The notes beneath the pieces were generated by a model. That model searched no databases and had not been told where the DNA came from. It worked only from the letters and a program-made list of their open reading frames with translations. A DNA stretch of 63,224 bases, the filler included, from an uncultured bacterium (lineage in GTDB: Bacteria > Hinthialibacterota > Hinthialibacteria > Hinthialibacterales > Hinthialibacteraceae), in the NCBI GenBank assembly GCA_964449065.1. It is 14 parts of 14 records of this genome, joined end to end, with 100 filler letters (N's around TTAATTAATTAA, not from the genome) between each part and the next. Parts side by side here need not be neighbours in the genome. Positions count along the whole stretch, not along the records: positions 36,698 to 41,069 come from CAYVAZ010000383.1; positions 41,170 to 45,521 come from CAYVAZ010000384.1; positions 45,622 to 49,959 come from CAYVAZ010000385.1; positions 50,060 to 54,381 come from CAYVAZ010000386.1; 10 more parts are not named here. One strand, written 5' to 3'. The translations under genes and the position numbers were made by a program. Positions 39,561 to 50,396 of the stretch are shown one piece after another (positions within the stretch are counted from its first letter, which is position 1; every line of letters begins with the position of its first letter).

Positions 39561-40913
39561 ATGAACACCTATCTTTTCCAACCCGGAAACAACCCCGGCT
39601 TATCGCTAGCCGAACTCACCGCCGTTAGCCAACGCCTGGGCGAACCCCTGCAATCCATCAGGTTGCATGGCAATGTCATTTTGGCGAACGCGAATGATCT
39701 GGATTTAACCTGGGTAAACGATCTGGGCGGCATCATCCGCGTTTGCAAAGTCCAGCCGGATTGCGCCGCGTCTATTGAGGACGATCCCACCATCATGGCG
39801 GATGCGGTTGTGGAAAGCATTTGTGATTCTTTGTTCTATCCGAAAATGACTCAAAAAAATGTAGAGGCAAACCACCGTGTCTGTCCGGATGATTCTGAAT
39901 GTGATCCGAAAGAGCACCCGCAGGGGGAGGTCCCTACAGGCGAAGAAACTACAAACGGTAAAATTATCTTTGGTATATCCATTCTGGAAAAACCTTCGAA
40001 AGACGAACAATTTTTCCCGGTATTCTTAAAACTCCTGTCCGCGCGGTTAAAAGAACAAATCAAAGCGCTGGGGCGTTCCGTCCGCTTTGTTCCCACCAAA
40101 CACAAAAACGATATTCAACTCTCATCCGTGCAGGTCGAAAAAAACCATCTGCTCAACAAAGGCTGTGAACTGGTGTTTTATGTGGATCACAATGAATTGA
40201 AAGCGGCCCAAACCGTCTGGGTGCAGCCCTTCGAAGCCTTTTCGTACCGCGACTTCGGCCGCCCCGGCCGTGACGACCGCAGCGGAATGCTGCCCCCCAA
40301 ACTCGCCCGGATGCTGATCAACCTTGCCCGCCAACAGGATACCCGAACGATCATCGATCCCTTCTGCGGTTCCGGCAGCATCCTCATGGAAGCGGGCATT
40401 ATGGGCCTGAGGGCAACCGGCATCGACAACAGCGAAAAAGCCATCCATGACACACAGCGCAACACCGCCTGGCTGCAAGATCATGTACAAGACTTCACCG
40501 GCTCGGTGCAGTCGTTTGTTGGAGACGCGCGCCATCTCCACACCCTCGTCGAACCCGTCTTCTTCGATGCCTGCGCCGCCGAGCCCTACCTCGGCCCGCC
40601 CCACTCCAAACCCATCCCCGAAGCCCAGTTCGCCAAATGGAGCAAAGACCTTCTGGCATTGTACCGGCGCGCGCTAGGAGAGATTCGCACGATTTGCAAA
40701 CCGGGAGCGCGGGTGGTGTTCATCCTGCCGCGCTTCAAAATCCAAAACAAAAGCGAACCGGCTTCGCTGCAAATTTTGGCCGATCTCAAATACCTCGGCT
40801 ACACCATTCTTGATCCGCATAATGGCTTTGCACCAACAGCCAAACGGGCCAGCGTCATTTACGCGCGTGAAAAACAAGCCGTCCAGCGTGAAATCTTCAT
40901 CTTGCAAGCTTGA
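39561..40913 (+). CDS. TRM11-like SAM-dependent RNA methyltransferase
   Basis: GMLPPKLARMLIN, DPFCGSGSILMEA, EPYLGP. Confidence 0.85.
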   Translation: MNTYLFQPGNNPGLSLAELTAVSQRLGEPLQSIRLHGNVILANANDLDLTWVNDLGGIIRVCKVQPDCAASIEDDPTIMADAVVESICDSLFYPKMTQKNVEANHRVCPDDSECDPKEHPQGEVPTGEETTNGKIIFGISILEKPSKDEQFFPVFLKLLSARLKEQIKALGRSVRFVPTKHKNDIQLSSVQVEKNHLLNKGCELVFYVDHNELKAAQTVWVQPFEAFSYRDFGRPGRDDRSGMLPPKLARMLINLARQQDTRTIIDPFCGSGSILMEAGIMGLRATGIDNSEKAIHDTQRNTAWLQDHVQDFTGSVQSFVGDARHLHTLVEPVFFDACAAEPYLGPPHSKPIPEAQFAKWSKDLLALYRRALGEIRTICKPGARVVFILPRFKIQNKSEPASLQILADLKYLGYTILDPHNGFAPTAKRASVIYAREKQAVQREIFILQA

Positions 40914-41169
40914 TGCTCTGTTTGTACCCTATTTGATACAAGAATGAGTTTATATCTGAAGTTAAACCATTTTTAACCGCGAATGCAAGCAAATCAACGC
41001 GAATAATAACTTTAGTAACAGGTCAGCGATATGAAGTGCATTATCAAAAAATCGAATCGATTTTCTCATNNNNNNNNNNNNNNNNNNNNNNNNNNNNNNN
41101 NNNNNNNNNNNNNTTAATTAATTAANNNNNNNNNNNNNNNNNNNNNNNNNNNNNNNNNNNNNNNNNNNN

Positions 41170-44100
41170 TTGAAGATATCAGTGAATTCTTTGGTCCTAG
41201 CGAGTCCGCGGATGGAATATTTATTCGTCCGGATGGCGCGAAACTGTATATCACAAGGGGTCAAAATTTAGCCGTTTTAGATCCGTCCTCATTAGAACCG
41301 ATAAAATTTCTTAAAGATTTGCGAGTCTCAAGGGGCTCTGGAGGTACAAGAATTTTCCCAAGACTGGGGACATCCTTTCCAAATGCTTCCCCTACAAATA
41401 TTACCCTCGATTCCAACACCGTGAATGAAGACGAACCAAAAGGTACAGTGGTTGGAATGTTTGATGCAGACGATCCGGATACAAATCAAAATCATTTCTT
41501 TACGCTTGTTTCCGGTTCCGGAGATATAGACAATCAGTTGTTTGAAATTCAGAACGGGAATCAACTCGTAACCAACGCGTTTTTTGATTTTGAAACCAAA
41601 AATATATTTTCGATACGGATTCAAACCAATGATTTTTTGGGAGGAAAGTTTGAAGAACAATTTACATTAAACATTGAAGACCAACCGAATTCCGTTCCTA
41701 CAGATATAACCCTAGATAACTTTACGGTCGATCAAAATCAACCCGCGGGTACTTTTGTTGGAGCGTTGGAGGCTGAAGACGCCAATTTAGCGGATAACCA
41801 TACGTTTTCATTGGTTTCCGGTACCGGCGATAGGGATAACGGTTCGTTTACCATCAATGGAAATCGATTGCTGACAAATGCCGTTTTAAACATTCAAACC
41901 CAGAGCCGATTCTCCATCCGCATACAAGCAAATGATCAAAATGGCGGCATATTCGAAAAACAATTTACATTGGCGGCAACGTTTGAAGACTTTCCCATCG
42001 TTGTCATTGCAAACGATGGAAATGAACGCGTTTCAGAAACACTCGATTATATTCCTGTGTTGGAAGAGTTCACCGATGTTATAGCCGCCGTGAGTGACGA
42101 CACTGAATTTGACGGTAGTATTGATTTGAGCAATGTCGATGCCATCGTAATATTTGGTGGATTTGATGGTTCCGATGATATGCCTGCTGCTGGGCAGCAA
42201 GCGATCGTTGACTTCGTAAACAACGGTGGGGGGTTGGTTTTTGACGGGCGGCTTTATCGGGAATACAGCATGGGTTCATATCAGCTGTTCGAATCACTGT
42301 TTTCATTTGACAGTTTTGAGAATTCTGTCAATGCAATCTCTTTTTCGAATGTAATTCAGGAACCAAATCATCCCATTGCAGCGGGTTTAGACAGTGAATT
42401 TCGATTGCCTCTTCTTCAGTTAAGCATTGTGGACGATCAAAAAGAACAAACTGAAATTATTGTCGATTCGTCAGATGGTCCTCTTGTTTTAGCGAATTCA
42501 GTGGGCTCTGGATTGATTGCAGAAATGCTTTGGATTGTTAATGATTTACGTTTCTTAGAAGACTCAACCGTTTCTACAATCCTCAAAAATTCCATTATCT
42601 GGGCTGCAGGTTCTTCATCCAATGATCTTCCACCGGTAGCGGATGCAGGCGGCCCATACAGCGTCACCCTTTCCGAAGGGAATACAGTTACGCTGGATGG
42701 AAGCAAGTCCTTTGATCCCGATATTGGAGACTCCATTGTTCGTTTTGAATGGGACTTAGATAACGATGGACACTTTGGTGATGCTTCCGGCATATCACCG
42801 GTTGTAACCGCAAATCGACTCATGAGCTTAGGAGTGGATGTAGGCAGCCGTACCATATCCCTTCGGGTCACTGATCAGTTAGGAGAAATTGCTATCGATA
42901 CCGCTTCTCTAACTATCAATGCTCCTCCTACACCCACAGTGGTTCCGCCCACACCCACAAACACGCCTACACCTACAAATACACCAACCAACCACCCGCC
43001 TAAACCAGACGCGGGCGGTCCCTACTCGATCTCGATATTTGATTTGGACAGATTCACACCAATAATGCTTGACGGCAGCGGTTCCTTCGACCAGGACCCG
43101 GGAGATGCCATTACACGATTCAATTGGGATTTAGATCATGACGGCATTCCGGATGCCTTCGGGGAATCACCGGAAATATTCAACACACTTATATCTCTAG
43201 GTCTGGGGGTAGGCGAGCATCCTATTTCACTGCAAGTCTTTGATCAGTCCAGTGCCAGTGCCACCGATACCACTACTCTCACTATCAGCCCGGCTCCCAC
43301 CACATTAACGGCCGATGCAGGCGGACCTTACACCGTTGTGCTAGGTGAGTCCATTGATTTATCCGCCCGAAAATCTTTCAATCCAGAAACTGGAAAATCT
43401 TCCGGCCTGATTTTTACTTGGAGATTAGAGGATGGCGCATTTCTCGGTTCTGGAAATTTCCCCGCTCTAACATTAAGCGCTTCCGCTGTAGAGAGATTGG
43501 GCGTGGGCGCGCACACCATTTTTTTAGAAGTACGGGATTCATCCGGAAACACGAATACCACCAGCGCGACACTGACCGTAACCGTGCCGGAAGGGGAGCC
43601 CACGCCAACCCCTTCACCTGCCGGCGGGTCAGGCAACACACCACCCATCGCGTCAGCAGGGGGTCCGTACATCATAACTCTAGGAGAAACGTTACGGCTT
43701 TTTGCAAGGGGCTCTCAAGACATTGATGCAGATGATGTCATCACACTGAGATGGGACTTGAACAACGACGGCGATTTTGGTGATGCCTTTGCATTCTCTC
43801 CCGACGTAACAGCGGCCGAACTGGCCGACTTGGGACTGGGAGTAGGGACACACACCATTACGCTGCGCGTGTCCGACCGCTCCGGTGCTGTGGATACCGA
43901 TACCGCTACGCTGACAATTAACGCGCCGGAAGGAGAGAATACGCCATTACCTTCACCAACATTCACCCCGGAAATCATGAACACTCCAACCCCTGCGGCA
44001 ACATCAACACCGGAAATCATGAATACTGCCACACCGACAGCAACATCGATTCCAACGCCCACAATCACTCCGCAAGGCGAAACACCGGGTGAAGTACCAG

Positions 44101-45302
44101 CGGTGGATGAGATTGTGCTAGCACAGGGGCAAGGTGGGGATAACCGTATCCAAGTCCGGAATTTCGACTCCAACTCTCAATTTCCAGTCAATTCGATTCT
44201 GGCGCAATTCCGTGTAGCGGGTGATCCCTTCTTCCAAAGCAACGGAGGGGGAACGGATCGCGCAACCTACCTTACCGCCGGCGATGTTAACAACGACAAC
44301 TCGCCTGATTTGATTGTCTCATTTGGCCCTGTAACCGAAGACGCTCAATTCCCCAACATCATTCTTCCCCTCGATGCGTTGTCCAGACGGCCCATCGGGC
44401 ATCCGTTCATGGCGTTTCCAAAGGGCAGCGGCAATCCCGTACGTTACAACGAAGGAGAACTGCGGACGGCCATTGGTGACTTTACTGAAGACGGTCGAAA
44501 CCTATTGGCAGCCGCCCAGGGACAAGGCAGCGAGTTGGGTTTGGTTCGTTTGTTTGAACATACCGGACAACCCGCTCCCAACAGCTGGGCCGTGCGTTTG
44601 CAATTTCAGCCGCTGGATAACGTACCGACCCAAAACAATGCCAACGGGGGAGTGACGCTGGCGGCAGGCGATCTGGATAATGATGGACTCGATGAACTGT
44701 TGATTGGACAAACCAACAGCGGTACTTCCCTTACTCAGTTCACGGTGATGGACGTTGATCCGGATGGATTAAACCACATCCGCCACAACTTTGTCGCGTT
44801 CCCGCCAGGGTTCAGAGGACAAGGCGGGATTGAAATGGTTGTAGCAGACATCGACGGGAATGGAACCAACGAGATTGTCGCGGCAAGCAAAGGCAGCGTA
44901 GAGGGAGAATTGGGTAATCTAATCAGTGTCGTTACGCCTATCGTTTCGAACAACACAATCACCGGCTTTGGCAGACCCTCGAATTCCGTACAGCAGTTAA
45001 TCGGAGATGCATCTATCAATCCGGGTGGCGGTTTATCTATTGGCAAGGGAGAGTTTGACGGAGAGCGTTCGAATGGTGATGAACTCCTCATCGGCAGTGG
45101 AGAGGGCGCACCGCAATCGTTCTTTCGTATCTTAAAACTTACTCTGGATAGCAGTGCCGGAGAAAGCGGTGCCATAACCGGATTGCGTTACTTGTTCAGC
45201 CCGCCAGCCAATTTGGATTCCGTCAATCCCGCATTTTTGAACCAAGACAATCCAAGTAGTGGAGCAGTCTTTGTGGGAATCGGCGAATTATTATCGAATT
45301 AA
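41170..45302 (+). CDS. Large surface protein, 5'-truncated: end of a beta-propeller, two cadherin-like domains, a ThuA/GATase-like domain, four PKD-like domains, Pro/Thr linkers and an FG-GAP-like C-terminal domain
   Basis: Frame is open from 41172. PTNITLD..V.E, four copies of (D/S)AGGPY, WDLDNDG.F.DA, AGDLDNDGLDELLIG. Confidence 0.88.
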
Positions 45303-45320
45303 GAACTTTGCCATAACAAT

Positions 45321-45356
45321 AAGAAAGCCTCTTTCCTTCGGGAAAGAGGCTTTCTT
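45321..45356 (+). terminator. Intrinsic (bidirectional-type) terminator
   Basis: AAGAAAGCCTCTTTCC-TTCG-GGAAAGAGGCTTTCTT. Confidence 0.85.
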
Positions 45357-45812
45357 ATGCCCCTAGTACAGTGTCAACGATTAAATGACGGGTATCGATC
45401 CCCCTCTAGCCCCCCTTAACAAGGGGGGAACACCTCCCCCATGACATTGGGGGAGGAGGATTGTTTAACCTAAAAAAAGCAGTTGATATTGAAAAGTATG
45501 CCATAACTTTTTGAATATAATNNNNNNNNNNNNNNNNNNNNNNNNNNNNNNNNNNNNNNNNNNNNTTAATTAATTAANNNNNNNNNNNNNNNNNNNNNNN
45601 NNNNNNNNNNNNNNNNNNNNNCCTCCGCCCCAAACGCAAAACCCACGCGGAAATGTCCGTTGTGAGGGAGGGGTAGTTAAACTTGCCGATTTTACTTTAT
45701 TGAATGAGATATCCTGCACCAGGAGAACAGAGGGGTGAGTGATAAACGGAATCCAACCTACGGTTTGCTGCGGCTTTGCACCGCTCACTCTACGATTTTA
45801 AAACCAATTCAG

Positions 45813-46283
45813 TTATTTGTTGGCACGCTGTCTGGATGATTCCATTATTTTGGTTTCTTTTTCAACTTGTTCTAACTGTTCCTGCGTGAGGGATTCTTCT
45901 AAGAAGGGAAACAGGTGCCGTTCTTCCCAGCGAATATGATTTTTCAGTGTCTGTGCGAGATTCATTAAGAGTTTTTTGTTTAGTACATCTTGAATGTTAT
46001 TGATTGCAGATTGGGCATACTGGCGAAGTTTATCATGGTCTTCTTTCATGCGGGTTTTATCTTCCGGTTTCATGAATGGTAACAACAAACGCTCTTCTTC
46101 ATCAAAATGAGATGCAATTTCTTGCTGCCAAGAAGACACAAAATCCTGCACGGCCGATTTCATCATAGGCCGATCCTTTTCGGAGGCAGATAGAATATTT
46201 TGTGCGGTTACTAAGCCGGTATGATGATCGCGGGAAAACGGCTGCAGGGCAGAATGGCGTTTGTTGGCTTGGTGGTCACTCAT
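45813..46283 (-). CDS. Hemerythrin-domain protein
   Basis: KRHSALQPFSRDHH, HFDEEERLL, EDH, HIRWEERHLFP. Confidence 0.88.
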   Translation of the reverse strand: MSDHQANKRHSALQPFSRDHHTGLVTAQNILSASEKDRPMMKSAVQDFVSSWQQEIASHFDEEERLLLPFMKPEDKTRMKEDHDKLRQYAQSAINNIQDVLNKKLLMNLAQTLKNHIRWEERHLFPFLEESLTQEQLEQVEKETKIMESSRQRANK

Positions 46284-46548
46284 AAGTAGTCCGTCCTTTT
46301 TGGGTATTTTTGAGCAATTCAAGTTTGCCTAGAGATCTAATGCGCATACATTTACCGGCTGAAAGACGATGCACCCCGGCTATTCAATTCTGAAACGTTG
46401 CAGCAAATATTTATAATAAAAATGGATAGAGTCGGCTGCTTCCACCATGGCATACCAAAAGGGTTTGCCTCGGATTCTTTAAACCGCACCAGCGTCTTCA
46501 CCTTATGATACGCCCGGTAAACTGGGGATTTCTCCATTTCATTTTCAT

Positions 46549-46978
46549 TTATGGCTGTTCTTCCACCCAACGTATTCTATGGTTGTAGTTTTTATTGTTG
46601 TAGGATTTTTTATAAAATTCTTTGTCTGCTGTAACGACAATACCGTCGTTTATTTGCGCGACTATCAGATACAAACAATCAAAAATGGGATGTCTAAGTT
46701 CCACAGAACATTCATACGCGTTCTGCAATACATGTTCTGTCGGAATGAATTCAACTGTTTCAGAATGTATGATTTCCCGATAAAACATCCATCCAAGTTC
46801 TGGTTTCAATTCATCTTGACGTACCTTTTTGGAAATGATATTCGCACATTCATATTTAAAAAATATCGGGAGCAATGAGTTCATACGGAGCGGTAAGATA
46901 GGTTTCTGCTTCGACTTGATAGGTCTCTTCAAATACCCATTTCAAAGCGACACTGGCGTCTATGACATACGGTTTCAT
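46549..46978 (-). pseudogene. vapC: VapC/FitB PIN toxin frameshifted in a 6-nt homopolymer (46858-46863)
   Basis: ATG 46978 gives MKPYVIDASVALKWVFEE...LIAPDIF*. The +1 frame continues KYECANII...HPIFDCLYL..A...VVTADKEF. Confidence 0.85.
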
Positions 46979-47214
46979 ACTCCATCCCGTTCTTCACGAA
47001 GCAGCTGGGCGCTGTCCGTCTTTTGAGGACCGGCAAGGGCACGCAGCTCAGCCGCTCTGGCAGAAAAGGCTTCCCGTTGTTTCCGTTTTTTGTTCACGGT
47101 TTGGGTCAGTATCTGTGTAATTTCATCCTCCAAAGAATGCCCCTTTGCCGAAGCCATCGATGTAATCTGCGAGAGCACATTGTCATCCAACTCTTTGATC
47201 ACGAACTGAGCCAT
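46975..47214 (-). CDS. FitA-like ribbon-helix-helix antitoxin
   Basis: MAQFVIKELDDNV.....A..KGHSLEDE...IL...DSAQLLREER. ATGA overlap with the toxin. Confidence 0.88.
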   Translation of the reverse strand: MAQFVIKELDDNVLSQITSMASAKGHSLEDEITQILTQTVNKKRKQREAFSARAAELRALAGPQKTDSAQLLREERDGV

Positions 47215-47326
47215 TGAACAATCCTTTTTATTTTATGCCAAAAGTATAATGGATAATTTCAAGTGTACCAATATAAAATATTGGGGCTTCCGGCCCGGCG
47301 GGAACCTAGACCACCCAACGCCAATG

Positions 47327-48919
47327 CTATCTCACCAGCGTCTTCACCTTATGATACGCCCTATAAACAGGGGATTTCTCCATCTGCGCGATTTTCCAAC
47401 GCATGTGCCCCACGTAATCGTCTTTGTCCAGCAGCGGGTTGCCGAACGCGTAGGTGGCGTTGTACATCACTTCGGTGTACTCACTGAAGAGTTGTGGGTT
47501 CTCACGCATGTAGGTATCCTGCGTAAAGTTCATGACATACTCTTTGGTGAAGTTATTTAAATGCGCCATGGTAAACAGCATTTCCCAAAAAATATGATCC
47601 GGCGTGGGGGGCAGGTGCATGCCGTGCACGCCTTCGGGGCGCTCGAGTTGATCCAGCACGCCCGCGCGTTCGGCGGTCTGTGTGAGTGGAAAGCCATCCA
47701 AAAACGCGGCGGGCGTTACCCGTTTCATGCCGTAAGGTTTGGGCAAATCCATTATCATGCTGAGTGTGGCTTTCTTGTCGTCTTCGGATTCGAGCGGGTT
47801 GTAACCCAAAATTTCCAGCACAAATTTTATGCCGTTCTCTTTGATCTTATGCGCGCACTCGATAACGCCCTGCTGCGACAGGCCGGAAGCGTAATGCTCG
47901 TTTAATGTGCGGTCGCTGCCGGAGGGCGTGCTCAGCACCAAATGATCGAGGCCGTAATAGCAAAGTGTCGGCAGGGTGTCGTATTCAGCCAGCGCGGGAT
48001 GCACGAATCCCGAATAGGGCAGCCCGATTTCCGAACCGAGTTCTTCCACAAAGCCTACCATATAGTCGTTGTCCAACGGCAGGCAGGGGTCGTAGAAATC
48101 GATCCGCGCCAACGGGGTGCGCCAGGTACGCACGCGGTGTTTGAGTTCTTCCACAATATGTTGCGGAGAGCGGCGGCGGACGCGGGTGTCTCCTAAATAA
48201 ACGGCATCATCCAATCCATGAAAATAGCAGGCGTTATCGATGGGGCACCCGCGGGTAATGCGGGTGACAAAGTTGGTGTGCAGCGGGCTTTCCGCCGGGA
48301 AAGGAGCGTCAACCAGGGCGTCATCACAAACGACTTGCTTTTTGTTCCATTCAAAATCGGCAAAGGGATAGTCATCCAAGTTTTCGCGTAACGGGCGGCG
48401 CTCGTTTTTGTGCAGGCTGCCGTCTTTTTTGGCCCACACATTCGCGATTTGGGTCAATTCTTTATTGGTCTCAAGCGCGCTGCATAGATCAAGATACGCC
48501 TCTTCACACTCGCCGGAAATAATCAGATCGGCGTGTTCCATCGCGGAATCGGGATTGAGACTGGGATCAACTCCGCTCCACACGACAGTGGTGTTGAGTT
48601 TATCTTTGATGAGTCGGGTTAAATGCGCCGCCAAGCCGTAATGCAGGGGAGATACATGCAGCCCGATAAGCCGCGCGCCGCTTTTTTGCAAAGAGGTGAT
48701 GAGAGCATCTTCTTCGGTTTGAGTCATCCATGATAGATAGCCGTAATACCCGCCTTCGCCGCGCTCTTCCACAGACGGAACCCGGCTAGGAGAGGCATAC
48801 GCCAGCCCTTTCACAAAGATCATTTGCACATGGTGGCCTTCCCGCTGCACCAATGATGACGCATAGCGTAACGGCAGGCAAAATTCATCAAACAAAGAGA
48901 TCAAAACAACCCGCTGCAT
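47327..48919 (-). CDS. B12-binding-domain radical SAM-like protein with a degenerate CxxxCxxC motif
   Basis: WSGVDPS, GECEE, NLDDYPFAD, TRGCPIDNACY, RRRSPQHIVEEL, PSGSDRTL. Confidence 0.8.
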   Translation of the reverse strand: MQRVVLISLFDEFCLPLRYASSLVQREGHHVQMIFVKGLAYASPSRVPSVEERGEGGYYGYLSWMTQTEEDALITSLQKSGARLIGLHVSPLHYGLAAHLTRLIKDKLNTTVVWSGVDPSLNPDSAMEHADLIISGECEEAYLDLCSALETNKELTQIANVWAKKDGSLHKNERRPLRENLDDYPFADFEWNKKQVVCDDALVDAPFPAESPLHTNFVTRITRGCPIDNACYFHGLDDAVYLGDTRVRRRSPQHIVEELKHRVRTWRTPLARIDFYDPCLPLDNDYMVGFVEELGSEIGLPYSGFVHPALAEYDTLPTLCYYGLDHLVLSTPSGSDRTLNEHYASGLSQQGVIECAHKIKENGIKFVLEILGYNPLESEDDKKATLSMIMDLPKPYGMKRVTPAAFLDGFPLTQTAERAGVLDQLERPEGVHGMHLPPTPDHIFWEMLFTMAHLNNFTKEYVMNFTQDTYMRENPQLFSEYTEVMYNATYAFGNPLLDKDDYVGHMRWKIAQMEKSPVYRAYHKVKTLVR

Positions 48920-49179
48920 CCTGTTTTCCTTTCGGTCTGTCAGTTCACAAGACCCAGATTATACGTGCTTTTCGCCAGAACATAATGGATTGGGGAAGGT
49001 TTGGCTATTCACCACAGAGACATGGAGGGTGCGGAGTAATAGTTAGGTTTAGTATTGCAGTTCATTTACATCTCCAACATCAATCCTTTAGGGCATGTTT
49101 AAAACCATTGGCAATTGATGCAATTGTTTTTTATAGAATTTGAACAGATTTTTCCATTCAATGTACTTTAACCATACAC

Positions 49180-49228
49180 GTCAGTGACACACTTTTTTCT
49201 TGTCTATTATATGTCAATGACGTATGTT
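49180..49228 (+). promoter_or_regulatory. Promoter TTGTCT-17-TATGTT with two GTCA-N-TGAC palindromic operators
   Basis: GTCAGTGAC at 49180-49188 and GTCAATGAC at 49213-49221 (inside the spacer). Confidence 0.6.
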
Positions 49229-49253
49229 GAGATATAGCCAAGGAGAATCGGCA

Positions 49254-49523
49254 ATGACCGAGCTATACGATGGAATTAAATCCGGCCTCGAAGATGCAAT
49301 TGCCAACCGCGGAAAATTTCATAAGGCTAAAAAGATCGATATGAAAGCATTGAGAGAACGCTTCGATATGACACAGGAGGAGTTTGCCCAACATTTCCGC
49401 ATTCCACTTGCTACATTGAGAAATTGGGAGCAAGAGCACAGACTTCCACAAGGGCCGGCGAGCGCTTACTTGAAGGTGATTGAGAAAAACCCCAAAGCGG
49501 TTCTTGAAGCCCTGCAGGATTAA
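49254..49523 (+). CDS. HigA/NadS-like XRE HTH antitoxin-type regulator (orphan)
   Basis: MTQEEFA..F.IPLATLRNWEQ..RLPQGPA.AYLKVIEKNP. AAGGAG RBS. Confidence 0.88.
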   Translation: MTELYDGIKSGLEDAIANRGKFHKAKKIDMKALRERFDMTQEEFAQHFRIPLATLRNWEQEHRLPQGPASAYLKVIEKNPKAVLEALQD

Positions 49524-50318
49524 AGGCGCGCCGCGCTAACATATCAGATGTGTTACAACGGCTAGTTGTGATGATAACTCACCTTACGCGGAAGAGGATC
49601 AATACTGGATAAAAAAAGATTCGATTGTATAGCCGTTCTATCTGAATCAAACGGATTATCTATCGTCTTCTCTCTTTGGGAGAAGATAAGAGATGAGGGC
49701 GAAGAGAGCGATTGCTCCCTATGAAGCAGTCGCGTAATTAGAGGTTTATTCCTCCCGAACCCTCACCCCGGCCCTCTCCCGGTGGGCGAGGGCGATAGAT
49801 GCAGCGAACGATAAGAAAAACGGGTATATCATAATGTAGTGCGTAATATGAGTAAATAAGAAGAAATACAACAAAATATGGAGGCAGTAATGCCCGTATA
49901 AAATGTTGAGAATTTTGAAATGCAGTACAATAACCCCCTTACATAAGGGGGTGGAGCCGNNNNNNNNNNNNNNNNNNNNNNNNNNNNNNNNNNNNNNNNN
50001 NNNTTAATTAATTAANNNNNNNNNNNNNNNNNNNNNNNNNNNNNNNNNNNNNNNNNNNNTTTTTGATTTTTTACTTCACACCGCTGACCTGTTACGTTTC
50101 TTCTTCGCTATATCCCTCAAGGCTTTTTTGAGGGTTCGGTGCTTGTCACTAATCACTGTTTTTTAGGATAATATTAGTTCGTCATTTTCGCAAAAACACC
50201 CATATTTCGAAGGTTTTTATGTGCAGTTCACTCGTTGCACAGTTCTTAGTTTTTTCACCCCTGTAAATTCAACAGGGAATAACCGGACACGAGTGATGCA
50301 ATATAATTCGTTTATAAA

Positions 50319-50348
50319 ATCAGGCGTGGATCGCTCCACGCCTGATTG
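50319..50348 (-). terminator. Hairpin terminator after the YHS-like gene
   Basis: AATCAGGCGTGGA-TCGC-TCCACGCCTGATT, followed by a T-run on the minus strand. Confidence 0.7.
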
Positions 50349-50396
50349 TTAGAAGTATTTATGGTTTAAGGGTATTGAATATGCAGCAGAAAACCG

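Noticed and set aside
46352..46570. 72-aa ORF containing MEKSPVYRAYHKVKTLVR
   Set aside because: Explained as the displaced duplicate of the radical-SAM gene end; no support as an independent gene.
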